This document shows, in pieces, positions 1 to 7,913 of a stretch of DNA of 28,378 nucleotides; positions within the stretch are counted from its first letter, which is position 1; every line of letters starts with the position of its first letter. The DNA lies in contig JBBDJA010000013.1 in assembly GCA_040880105.1 (NCBI GenBank), positions 1-28,378 on the forward strand. The letters are read 5' to 3'. The notes under the pieces are model-generated. The model saw only the letters and a list, made by a program, of their open reading frames with translations. It was not told the DNA's origin and ran no database searches. The translations under genes and the position numbers were made by a program. This DNA is from Waddliaceae bacterium. Its GTDB lineage: Bacteria > Chlamydiota > Chlamydiia > Chlamydiales > SLOH01.

Positions 1-340
1 AAGTGTTTGCAGATTTGGAAGATCCTTTAAGTGCGCAAGGCCGGCGTCTGTGATTTGTCTGCAGTAGTTTAGGTAAAGAGTTTGCAGATTTGGAAGATAC
101 TTTAAATGCGCAAGGCCGGCGTCTGTGATTCGGCAGTGGTCTAGGTTAAGTGTTTGCAGATTTGGAAGATCCTTTATCTGCGCAAGGCCGGCGTCTGTGA
201 TTCGGTAGCAGAAGCTTAGGTCAAGTGCTTGCAGATTTGGAAGATCCTTTAAATGCGCAAGGCCGGCGTCTGTGATTCGGCAGTGGCCTAGGTTAAGTGC
301 TTGCAGATTTTGAAGACTCTTTAAGTGCGCAAGGCCAGAT
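1..340 (-). repeat. Coding tandem repeat (LRR units) with alternating 75/72-bp period
   Basis: Anchor gcagattt at 9, 84, 156, 231 and 303 (spacings 75, 72, 75, 72); near-identical core gcgcaaggccggcgtctgtgatt. Confidence 0.95.
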
Positions 341-1308
341 TGGTTAAACTCAAGACGGGACAAGTTAATTGATTCCAGGTAGTGAATTTTAGCAATCCCT
401 TTAAACTGTTCATCGGTAATCTCCCTGAAATCAGAAAGGTCGAGATGGTGTGAATGGATTTGATCAGCAATCTGGATCGCTTCATCTACGCTTTTAGGCT
501 TAAACTCTTCTGTACCTAAAGCAGATAGTACTAATTTTTGTAGTTCTGGGGTTAGGGAGATTGCTTTATTAAGAGAGTTCTTTGCGTTTATAACACTGCG
601 ATTGCCAATATACTTAACTGGGTGTTCGGGATCTTTTTTGTTCAAATATTTTGCAACATAGTTAAAGTCATTGACCACAACAGTTCCCTTTTTAATTGCA
701 AGTTCTCTTCTTTGATTGAGGAAATCACTGTTTACTTCATCTAGACCCAGTTTAGAACTATCCTCAATTGCATCTATAAATCTATTTAGAGCAAATTGTG
801 TATAGTTCCATTTTGTAAGTAATTTAAAGTATTTGATCGCTACTTCTCCTGAAGCTTCTGCTAAGTCTCTTCTTTTGGAGAGGAATTCAAGGTCTACTTC
901 ATCTATCGACTTGATTTCAGTTTCATCTCCAATTTCGCTCATAAAATCTTGTAAGACATCATTTAGAAATGTGCGTGTTTGCGTCCTTGAGTTGTAAGGG
1001 CTGTATGGTAACTTTAAGCTGTGAGTCTCGGATGAATCTTCAGAGGATTTTCTTTTTCCCAAGATACTTTGGGATGCCAAATGCGCTCTGTTTTCGGCGC
1101 TATTTGATTTTTCGTTTTGTGCTGAGGATGATAAAGAGGCCGTGGCTTTCAGTTTTTTAGGTTCAGATCCGGCATTGCTTTCATCTCTTACCCATTTCCC
1201 CAATACGCTTGCTATTTGGGCGTTCTCCCTATTATCTGGATTGTTCGGTACATTATCGGGATTAATTGGGTTATTAATAACTCTTTGATTATTTGTGGTT
1301 GGATTCAT
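1..1308 (-). CDS. Leucine-rich-repeat protein (Cys-containing, FBXL-like LRRs), 3' end truncated by the window edge; candidate secreted effector
   Basis: Manual translation from ATG 1308 is open for 436 codons to the edge: MNPTTNNQRVINNPINPDNVPNNPDN... followed by repeats such as LPNLQTLNLDHCRITDAGLAHLKY. Missing from the ORF track because the stop lies outside the window. Confidence 0.92.
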   Translation of the reverse strand, partial: MNPTTNNQRVINNPINPDNVPNNPDNRENAQIASVLGKWVRDESNAGSEPKKLKATASLSSSAQNEKSNSAENRAHLASQSILGKRKSSEDSSETHSLKLPYSPYNSRTQTRTFLNDVLQDFMSEIGDETEIKSIDEVDLEFLSKRRDLAEASGEVAIKYFKLLTKWNYTQFALNRFIDAIEDSSKLGLDEVNSDFLNQRRELAIKKGTVVVNDFNYVAKYLNKKDPEHPVKYIGNRSVINAKNSLNKAISLTPELQKLVLSALGTEEFKPKSVDEAIQIADQIHSHHLDLSDFREITDEQFKGIAKIHYLESINLSRLEFNQSGLAHLKSLQNLQALNLGHCRITDAGLAHLKDLPNLQALDLSFCYRITDAGLAQIKDLPNLQTLNLDHCRITDAGLAHLKYLPNLQTLYLNYCRQITDAGLAHLKDLPNLQTL

Positions 1309-1339
1309 ATTTATAAGTCTTTAATTTAAGAATGAATAG

Positions 1340-1368
1340 TTCATATCAATTAAATGTATTTGTTTCAA
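1340..1368 (-). promoter_or_regulatory. Possible sigma66/70 promoter of the LRR gene
   Basis: Minus strand TTGAAA-N17-TATGAA with a TG one base before the -10, about 30 nt upstream of ATG 1308. The context is AT-rich, so a chance match is possible. Confidence 0.35.
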
Positions 1369-1467
1369 TAAAAAAAGGTTTTGGAGAAATCTAATTTTCT
1401 GCTTAAAGTTTTTTCCAGTACGTGATACGCTTCTCTTCTCTAAATCATAAATAAAGGTTCTACTCTT

Positions 1468-1911
1468 ATGCAAATTCAATTCACAAACGAGCAGTACAAA
1501 TCCCTCGTTAAGGCCGTTTATCTAGGTAATTGGATGGTCAATGCCAACTTAGACGAGGAAAATAGAGAAACAGAATACGAAGAGCTTCTGGATTATCTAC
1601 TTTCCCAGGCAGATGCTTTCGATGCCAAAGATCTAGTTGAGCAAGATAGCGAGTCAAACTCTCTTGTCCTCACCGAGGAAGTCGAAGAGCTTATAGAGTC
1701 ATATAAAGAAAACTATGATCAAGCAGCCTTCTGGGATTCACTGATCGAGCGCCTCTCATTCAAGGAATTGACCGAAATACACGGAATTGAGGGTCTTCAA
1801 AAGATGGAGGGTCAAGAAATTTTTGAGTTAATGGAAAAAATGGCTGATAAATACTCCACTCTTTTAGAAGAAAAGGGACTTGACGCTCTTCACGTGGAAG
1901 GAAGTGTCTAA
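1468..1911 (+). CDS. Acidic hypothetical protein
   Basis: 147-aa ORF with ATG and a natural, very E/D-rich composition; overlaps the start of the next gene. No family recognised. Confidence 0.8.
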   Translation: MQIQFTNEQYKSLVKAVYLGNWMVNANLDEENRETEYEELLDYLLSQADAFDAKDLVEQDSESNSLVLTEEVEELIESYKENYDQAAFWDSLIERLSFKELTEIHGIEGLQKMEGQEIFELMEKMADKYSTLLEEKGLDALHVEGSV

Positions 1912-3349
1912 TCTAAAGATTTTAACGGTAGTACTGCTCCTTAAAGCTGCCTTTATTCTTGGATTTATCCATTTTGGCGGGATCGGGCTTGCGCCCGATG
2001 AGGCGCAGTACTGGCTCTGGAGTAAAAACCTCGACTGGGGATACTACAGCAAACCAGTTGGGGTAGCGTTAGAGATTTGTTTCGGATGCGCTCTCTTTGG
2101 CGATACAGAGCTTGGAATTCGTTTCGGTGCAGTTTTACTCTCTACTCTCCAGGGATTTGCCGTCTATTACCTTGGGCGGCAGTGCCAATTATCACCGCGC
2201 CTCTCGACTTTAGCCGCGATTATCCTCACCTTGTCACCTGTTGGAATTTGGGGCTCCTTTATGGCCACAACCGATGGGGGGATGGTCCTTTTTTGGACCT
2301 TAGCGATGGCAACTGTCGCAAAAGCATACTCTGAAAATCGTCCGATTGATGGAAGGTCTCTTGGTATTTTCATCTGTTTTGGCGCGCTTTTTAAGTGGAC
2401 GATTTTTCTGTTTTGGCCGCTCCTTCTGCTTTTTCGCCCTAAGGTAAATGATTTTTGGAAAGGTGCGCTCCTTTCCGGAATTGGGCTCCTCCCAAGTCTC
2501 ATTTGGAATATACAACATGGATTCCCTACATTTCTTCATGTATGGAATCAATCAACCGGCGGACCGACAACGCAGATCGGGTTCGGGGCGGGGAACTTCT
2601 TTGACTTTATCGGCGCGCAAGCGCTTTTGTTCACTCCCATTTTCTTTATTGCCTTTCTTATAGGTCTTTTCTCTATAAAAAAAGCGCCGCCTGCCTTGCA
2701 ATTTACGGGTTTGTTCTCCTTTGCTTTGCTTTTTTTGTTTAGCGTGCTGGCTCTTTTTCAAAAGATACAAGGGAACTGGGCGGTTTTTGCGTTCTCTGGC
2801 GCAGCGGTCTTTGTTGCGTATCAATTAGTTGAGAAAAGAGCGTGGGGGTATGTGGGGATTGCGGTTTCGGTTCTGTTTTCTACCGCTCTACTTGTTTTAC
2901 CGATCCCTTATCGAGCAAATCCTTTCCGTCATCAACTCGGCTGGGATCGTCTGGAGTCGATCCTTGACGATGCCGGGTATCGTCCCGAGGAGGAATTTCT
3001 TTTTGCAGACAAGTACCAGATTGCAAGTATTGCAAGTTTTTATAGTCAGGGGAAAAACCGTGCGTATTTTTTAAACCTTCACGGCGCAAGAGAAAATCAG
3101 TTTTGTTACTGGCCGGGACTTGCAGATGAGCAGCTTGGGAAAAGCGGCTATTTTCTGTTGATTGAAAATGCATTACCAAAGAGTGAACTAGAAGAAAAAT
3201 GTGAGAGTTACTATCAAGAGTTAATTCCCTTTTTTAACCAAGTAGAATTAATTACGGTAAGAGATTTATTGAAAAATAATAAAAATATTGTTGTGTTTAA
3301 GTGTTTTGAATACAATGGTTTAGTTTTAAAAAATAACAAACAATTTTAG
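1904..3349 (+). CDS. Glycosyltransferase family 39 (ArnT/PMT-like, GT-C fold) membrane protein
   Basis: PDEAQYWLWSKNLDWGYYSKP motif after the first TM helix, followed by many TM segments. Start placed at GTG 1904 after GGAAGG; the ORF track starts at TTG 1880. Confidence 0.88.
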   Translation: MSNLKILTVVLLLKAAFILGFIHFGGIGLAPDEAQYWLWSKNLDWGYYSKPVGVALEICFGCALFGDTELGIRFGAVLLSTLQGFAVYYLGRQCQLSPRLSTLAAIILTLSPVGIWGSFMATTDGGMVLFWTLAMATVAKAYSENRPIDGRSLGIFICFGALFKWTIFLFWPLLLLFRPKVNDFWKGALLSGIGLLPSLIWNIQHGFPTFLHVWNQSTGGPTTQIGFGAGNFFDFIGAQALLFTPIFFIAFLIGLFSIKKAPPALQFTGLFSFALLFLFSVLALFQKIQGNWAVFAFSGAAVFVAYQLVEKRAWGYVGIAVSVLFSTALLVLPIPYRANPFRHQLGWDRLESILDDAGYRPEEEFLFADKYQIASIASFYSQGKNRAYFLNLHGARENQFCYWPGLADEQLGKSGYFLLIENALPKSELEEKCESYYQELIPFFNQVELITVRDLLKNNKNIVVFKCFEYNGLVLKNNKQF

Positions 3350-3358
3350 GAGAATATA

Positions 3359-3994
3359 ATGTCATTTTCATTATCCGAGGGTTCTGCATATCCGAACTTA
3401 AGCGCTCCTGTTCATCAGGCGCGGGTTGTTCAAACGCATCATTTAGGGATAAGCGATTTTGCTTCCTTAGAAAAGGTTCAAAGTTTTTGCAGCCATCCGA
3501 GCGTAAAAAAAGTGCGCCATATCGCAATTCCGGTGATCTTATTTGTCGGCGCTGTAAGTATTAGTAGTCTAGCAAGAAATGGTCTCACTTTTCTAGTGAG
3601 TGTGATCCCGGGTTTGATCGCTGGATCTTTTAAAGAGAAATCTCTTGTCATTAACTTTCACCAAAATGGCATTTCTGTAAATTATCAGCAGGTATTTAAA
3701 AAAGTGCAGTTAGAGAAAGAGGGTCAACAAAGTGCACCGGGTCTGGATGCGGGGAAGGCACTTACCCTTTTGCAAAAAGCTAAGAAAATGTGGAATGATC
3801 CAAGAGTTGAAAACATTAAAAAAATAATCATTCCTATCTTGGCGATTGTTGCCGCAGTTGCCGTTGGTGTGTCGATTGCCTCCTTTAGTTTAGGAATCCT
3901 TGCGGGTGCTGCAACGGGTTTCATGATTAGCAGCATGGTCAATCATACTTTCCAGGTGAGCACAACTGAGGATGGATTCAAAATCATCATGTAG
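3359..3994 (+). CDS. Hypothetical membrane protein with two duplicated hydrophobic hairpins (Inc-like)
   Basis: AGGAG RBS at 3348-3352. Ser/Pro-rich N-terminus and two ~35-aa bilobed hydrophobic segments (IAIPVILFVGAVSISS..., IIIPILAIVAAVAVGVSIASFSLGILAGAATGFMI). Confidence 0.75.
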   Translation: MSFSLSEGSAYPNLSAPVHQARVVQTHHLGISDFASLEKVQSFCSHPSVKKVRHIAIPVILFVGAVSISSLARNGLTFLVSVIPGLIAGSFKEKSLVINFHQNGISVNYQQVFKKVQLEKEGQQSAPGLDAGKALTLLQKAKKMWNDPRVENIKKIIIPILAIVAAVAVGVSIASFSLGILAGAATGFMISSMVNHTFQVSTTEDGFKIIM

Positions 3995-4001
3995 TATTGT
4001 T

Positions 4002-4043
4002 TGCGGGTCTGATTATCAGATTGACCCGCAGCTCTCTTTTCTT
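4002..4043 (+). terminator. Hairpin after the Inc-like gene (possible intrinsic terminator) overlapping the serS -35
   Basis: tgcgggtc (4002-4009) pairs with gacccgca (4023-4030), followed by pyrimidine-rich gctctcttttcttt. Confidence 0.45.
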
Positions 4044-4049
4044 TATGCT
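4021..4049 (+). promoter_or_regulatory. Sigma66/70-type promoter of serS
   Basis: TTGACC (4021-4026)-N17-TATGCT (4044-4049), 21 nt before ATG 4071. Confidence 0.6.
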
Positions 4050-4070
4050 GTTTATTCAACCGGAGCTTTT

Positions 4071-5348
4071 ATGTTAGATATTAATCTTATTCGCGAAAAT
4101 CCCAAAGAGATCGAGGCTAAACTTAAAACAAAAGATCCTGAGATCGATCTATCTTCGATTCTCTCTTTAGATCACGAACTGCGTCAATTAAAGACAAAAG
4201 TCGAATCGCTTAAAGCCGAGCGCAATTTGGTGTCTAAAGAAATTGGAGAAAAAAAGCGCAAAGGGGAAGATGCAAGCGAAATTCTAGAACGCGTCTCTAC
4301 TCAAGCCGATGAAATTCATGCACTCGATCAGCAAGTAAGAGAGGTCGAAGAGAAATTTGTAGACCAATTGTCAAGAGTTCCGAATCTCCCAATGGACGAT
4401 ATTAAAGTCTCATCAGACCCAAAGGATAATGTGATTGTTAAGGAGTGGGGAGAAAAGCCGACCTTTTCTTTTGAGTTCAAAAACCACTTAGAACTTAATG
4501 AAGAGCTGAAACTCTTTGATTTTAAACGCGGCGCTGAAATTACCGGAACAGGATGGCCAGTCTATAAAGGCCTCGGAGCGATGCTGGAATGGGCGCTGAT
4601 CAACTACATGCTAAGCGTAAATATCAAAAATGGGTTCCAACAATGGATGCTTCCCTCTCTTGTGCGTCCGGAAGTGTTGTACGGATCCGGTCAATTGCCA
4701 AAATTTGAAAACCAACAGTTTAAAGTTCAAGATTCCGATTTTAATCTCTATTTAATCCCAACAGCTGAGGTCCCTCTGAACGGGCTTCATGCAAATGAGA
4801 TTTTCGATGAGAGTGAATTACCCTTAAAATATGTTGCCTACACCCCGTGCTTTAGACGAGAAGCCGGAGCGGCAGGTTCCAATGAACGCGGACTTATCCG
4901 CACGCATCAGTTTAATAAAGTGGAGATGTTCTGTTTTGCAAAACCGGAAGAAAGCGGTAAGATGTTTGATCTGATGGTTGCAAATGCCGAGGAGATTCTG
5001 CAAGGGCTTGGGCTTCATTATAGAAATGCTCTTCTTGTGACAGGAGACATGTCATTTTCCTCTGTTCGCACGATAGATATGGAAGTGTGGCTCCCCGGAC
5101 AAGACCGTTACTATGAAGTCTCCTCTATTTCAAACTGCACAGACTACCAGTCAAGACGCGCGCAGATTCGCTTTAGACGAAAAGGAGAAAAGCCCGAACT
5201 TGTTCACACATTGAACGGCTCTGGACTTGCCACGTCTCGCTTAATGGTTGCGCTACTTGAAAACAACCAAAATGCCGACGGGTCAGTGAATATACCGAAG
5301 GTCTTACAGCCGTATCTTGGAAATCGGGAAAAGATCGAGGGATGTTAG
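4071..5348 (+). CDS. serS: Serine--tRNA ligase
   Basis: MLDINLIREN start, N-terminal coiled coil, YLIPTAEVPL, motif 2 CFRREAG...RGLIRTHQFNKVE, EVSSISNCTDYQSRR, HTLNGSGLATSR. Start at ATG 4071 after GGAG. Confidence 0.98.
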   Translation: MLDINLIRENPKEIEAKLKTKDPEIDLSSILSLDHELRQLKTKVESLKAERNLVSKEIGEKKRKGEDASEILERVSTQADEIHALDQQVREVEEKFVDQLSRVPNLPMDDIKVSSDPKDNVIVKEWGEKPTFSFEFKNHLELNEELKLFDFKRGAEITGTGWPVYKGLGAMLEWALINYMLSVNIKNGFQQWMLPSLVRPEVLYGSGQLPKFENQQFKVQDSDFNLYLIPTAEVPLNGLHANEIFDESELPLKYVAYTPCFRREAGAAGSNERGLIRTHQFNKVEMFCFAKPEESGKMFDLMVANAEEILQGLGLHYRNALLVTGDMSFSSVRTIDMEVWLPGQDRYYEVSSISNCTDYQSRRAQIRFRRKGEKPELVHTLNGSGLATSRLMVALLENNQNADGSVNIPKVLQPYLGNREKIEGC

Positions 5349-5852
5349 CAGTCGAAGCGCCGATAGCTTAACGTTGACATCAGCGCAGTAACTTTTTTTA
5401 ACCCAGCTCCTGGCATCGCAGATGTGGTTGTGAAATATCTTAGCTATGTTTTGGCGGCCTGACTTTGGCAGGTCATTTGCCTTTAATATGTCGATGATCA
5501 GGTGTTGGGATAGCCCCCAGTTGATTTTTTCTAGTTCGGAAAATCCATAGAGTGTAGAAAAGCAGTCTTGTTTGGTAATACGACGCCTAAGCTTTCTAAA
5601 GCTGTATACATCTTTGCAGCTTTGGATATCGGATTGCTTGACCTTAAACGTTCGTTTGGCTCTCTTTGGATTTAGAGGCTTGTTAGGACAAGCCCAAGAT
5701 TTATCTAATTTAATGAAGAAAAGGTCGAAGGTCGGTTCTTTTTCATCTTTAGCTTCATCCAAGTGCGAATATGTCTTTTCAAAGTCATAGACAGGCTCAA
5801 GTATTTGACTCATCTCTATGCGATCATTCGTTGTCGGTATCTGTGCTGACAT
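5304..5852 (-). CDS. Hypothetical protein with basic clusters
   Basis: 182-aa ORF starting 2 nt after the stop of the upstream minus-strand gene; overlaps the serS 3' end convergently by 45 nt. No family recognised. Confidence 0.65.
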   Translation of the reverse strand: MSAQIPTTNDRIEMSQILEPVYDFEKTYSHLDEAKDEKEPTFDLFFIKLDKSWACPNKPLNPKRAKRTFKVKQSDIQSCKDVYSFRKLRRRITKQDCFSTLYGFSELEKINWGLSQHLIIDILKANDLPKSGRQNIAKIFHNHICDARSWVKKSYCADVNVKLSALRLLTSLDLFPISKIRL

Positions 5853-5854
5853 TT

Positions 5855-7051
5855 CTATCCTTGTGGGTCGGCTTGAGGAATCCTTGAGTAGATTTGGGAG
5901 TACACTTTTTGCGGCTCCAGCAGTTGGTCAAAGTCGGGGTTGGAGTCAAAATAACTCATGAGTCCATTTAAAACAGCCTCTCTCATTGAGGGAGGAAGCT
6001 CTCTTAGAAGCTCTTGAAAGAGTCTTTGAGCTTCACCGGCTGCTTGATCTTCCGGAATACCAATTTTTCCACTCACAATACCCGCAAACTCCTCACCTGT
6101 CAACCAACCTGTCTCTGCGCGATAAGAGACCGCTAAGGCAACAGCTAACATGATTAACTTTGCCATTGTCACGTAATTTTGCGCTCTTTCAGGGGTAATG
6201 GCGCCGGTTTCCATTCTCTGCGATAGCATCGACATTAAATACTGATTGATTTCATTTCCATTCACTTTTGAAATCGTCGCGCGAGCAAAATTTTCCGCAA
6301 ATTCGGCAGTCACAGGAGGTTTTCCGCTATTTGCAGCTCCTGAGATTGTTTCACTTGCCGCTTGATAGACAAGTCCTGTAACAAAGAGGTTGATTGCAAG
6401 TAGCATCTCACTTTGAGCGGCAGGGTGAACCATTTCAGCGGCGTGTTGAGAGATCGAGACAATCGGGTTGGCAGCGACACCTTGGGTGCTTACGGTGTCA
6501 ACAAGCATGACATCGGCAATTCCGGCAGCTGAGATGACTAGGCCGGCAACCATAAATGGAATTGCATCCTTAGGGTCGCTCTCAGAGAGGTAGTTTTTTG
6601 TTCCTTCTATAAGATTTGAGTAAAGATTATCGTTTCTTGAAATGGGGGGGAGATCTCGCGTCCATTCGTGCAGGCCTTGTGCAGCGGAGAATTCAGGTGA
6701 GGCGATCTCCTCTCGCAGTAACTCGCGAAAGGCCGGATTTTGGATCCTTCGTTCCTCTTCCGCACGTTTTTCTTTTGAAATTTCCTCGATATTGTCAAGC
6801 CAGCTATCTAACATCTTGCTGATAATATTATTCTCAGCACTTGACATCAGAGCGCTGATCTGTTGAGGGCTTGCAATCTGCGGAGAAGATGCGGTTAAGT
6901 TTTCTAAAATTTCCTGCGCTTGACTCTGCATGATCGAACTTAAGAGGGCGGGGTTTACAAATTTGGCCTCTTCTTGAGTTTCAGCGCTTGGAGAGACTCC
7001 CATTGTGGGGTCGACATTCGGGGTGTCACCGTTGATGGCATTTCCATTCAT
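5855..7051 (-). CDS. Hypothetical protein with T3S-like N-terminus and hydrophobic helices
   Basis: 398-aa ORF with AAGGAG RBS upstream on the minus strand. N-terminus MNGNAINGDTPNVDPTMGVSPS; hydrophobic stretches AIPFMVAGLVISAAGIA, LLAINLFVTGLVY, LIMLAVALAVSY. Confidence 0.85.
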   Translation of the reverse strand: MNGNAINGDTPNVDPTMGVSPSAETQEEAKFVNPALLSSIMQSQAQEILENLTASSPQIASPQQISALMSSAENNIISKMLDSWLDNIEEISKEKRAEEERRIQNPAFRELLREEIASPEFSAAQGLHEWTRDLPPISRNDNLYSNLIEGTKNYLSESDPKDAIPFMVAGLVISAAGIADVMLVDTVSTQGVAANPIVSISQHAAEMVHPAAQSEMLLAINLFVTGLVYQAASETISGAANSGKPPVTAEFAENFARATISKVNGNEINQYLMSMLSQRMETGAITPERAQNYVTMAKLIMLAVALAVSYRAETGWLTGEEFAGIVSGKIGIPEDQAAGEAQRLFQELLRELPPSMREAVLNGLMSYFDSNPDFDQLLEPQKVYSQIYSRIPQADPQG

Positions 7052-7166
7052 AATTAAGACTCCTTGAAAGATAAGAGCGTAGGGAATAAGATATTAAAAA
7101 ATATTAAAACCTTACCGAATCCCTACTTATATTATATATAATAATTATTTAAATTGAAAGGAAGAG

Positions 7167-7913
7167 ATGACAGACCACTATGAAGGCAAAAGCGCCCTTT
7201 CTCATGTAGCGACACGCAAAGCCGAAGGAATACTCTCATTTGCCGAAACACACGGAACTGAAATTCCGGGCCATTTCCACGCGTTTGCCGACGCTCTTAG
7301 GGGAAGTTCCCTTTTATTCCTCCTGCACTGGTTGCTGCTTAGGGGATCCAACGAATCGGGACCCAGAATGTGGTCATTACTTGCGATCTTTTTTTGCGGC
7401 TGGTTATTTTGGAATGTGGGGCGTTCGACATGGCTCGGTTTTTCAAGACTTGAGCGCATGCACCGCATTGTGGAGCAGGAAAGAAGTGAAATTAAGAATC
7501 ACAGAAGCCAAGAACGTGAAGAGCTCTCTGAGCTCTACAGGGCAAAAGGCCTAGATGGAAAGCTTCTTGAGGATGTAATAGATGTCTTTATGGCAGATGA
7601 TGAGAGGTTACTACAAATCATGGTCGATGAAGAGCTCTGTTTGAGCTTAGGTACCCATGTTCATCCCTTGCAGCAGGGAGTCGGAGCTGGACTTGGCGTT
7701 TGTGTCGCAGGTGCGCTTGCGTGGATATGCTGCTTTTTTCTTCCGGAGACCGGCATTTATATCAGTACGATCCTTGGTGTCGGGGGGGGTGCTTTGATTT
7801 CTGCCGTTTATGAAAAAAATCAAGTCATTCCAGCTATTGTATGGAGTATCGGCATTGGGGCTGTGTCATCCGGAATGGTCTATTTTTTACTTCAGGTTTT
7901 GCATGCGTACTAA
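7167..7913 (+). CDS. VIT1/CCC1 family Fe/Mn transporter-like protein
   Basis: Cytoplasmic acidic signature EREELSELYRAKGL...LLQIMVDEEL between two N-terminal and three C-terminal TM helices. Confidence 0.8.
   Translation: MTDHYEGKSALSHVATRKAEGILSFAETHGTEIPGHFHAFADALRGSSLLFLLHWLLLRGSNESGPRMWSLLAIFFCGWLFWNVGRSTWLGFSRLERMHRIVEQERSEIKNHRSQEREELSELYRAKGLDGKLLEDVIDVFMADDERLLQIMVDEELCLSLGTHVHPLQQGVGAGLGVCVAGALAWICCFFLPETGIYISTILGVGGGALISAVYEKNQVIPAIVWSIGIGAVSSGMVYFLLQVLHAY

Noticed and set aside
1..340. CRISPR-like appearance of the regular repeats at the window start
   Set aside because: Periods are multiples of 3 and translate as in-frame LRR units; the variable parts are not unique spacers.
514..555. 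Possible F-box (LTPELQKLVLSALG) before the LRRs
   Set aside because: Only the first-helix pattern resembles an F-box and the downstream V(C/S)K.W half is absent; needs an HMM test.
969..1160. 63-aa plus-strand ORF
   Set aside because: Antisense shadow inside the LRR gene.
3972..4070. 33-aa N-terminal extension of SerS in the ORF track
   Set aside because: It spans the hairpin and promoter; the canonical MLDI start with an RBS is at 4071.
7810..7902. N-terminal extension of the P-type ATPase
   Set aside because: Would overlap the VIT1 gene by about 100 nt; ATG 7903 gives a normal short overlap.
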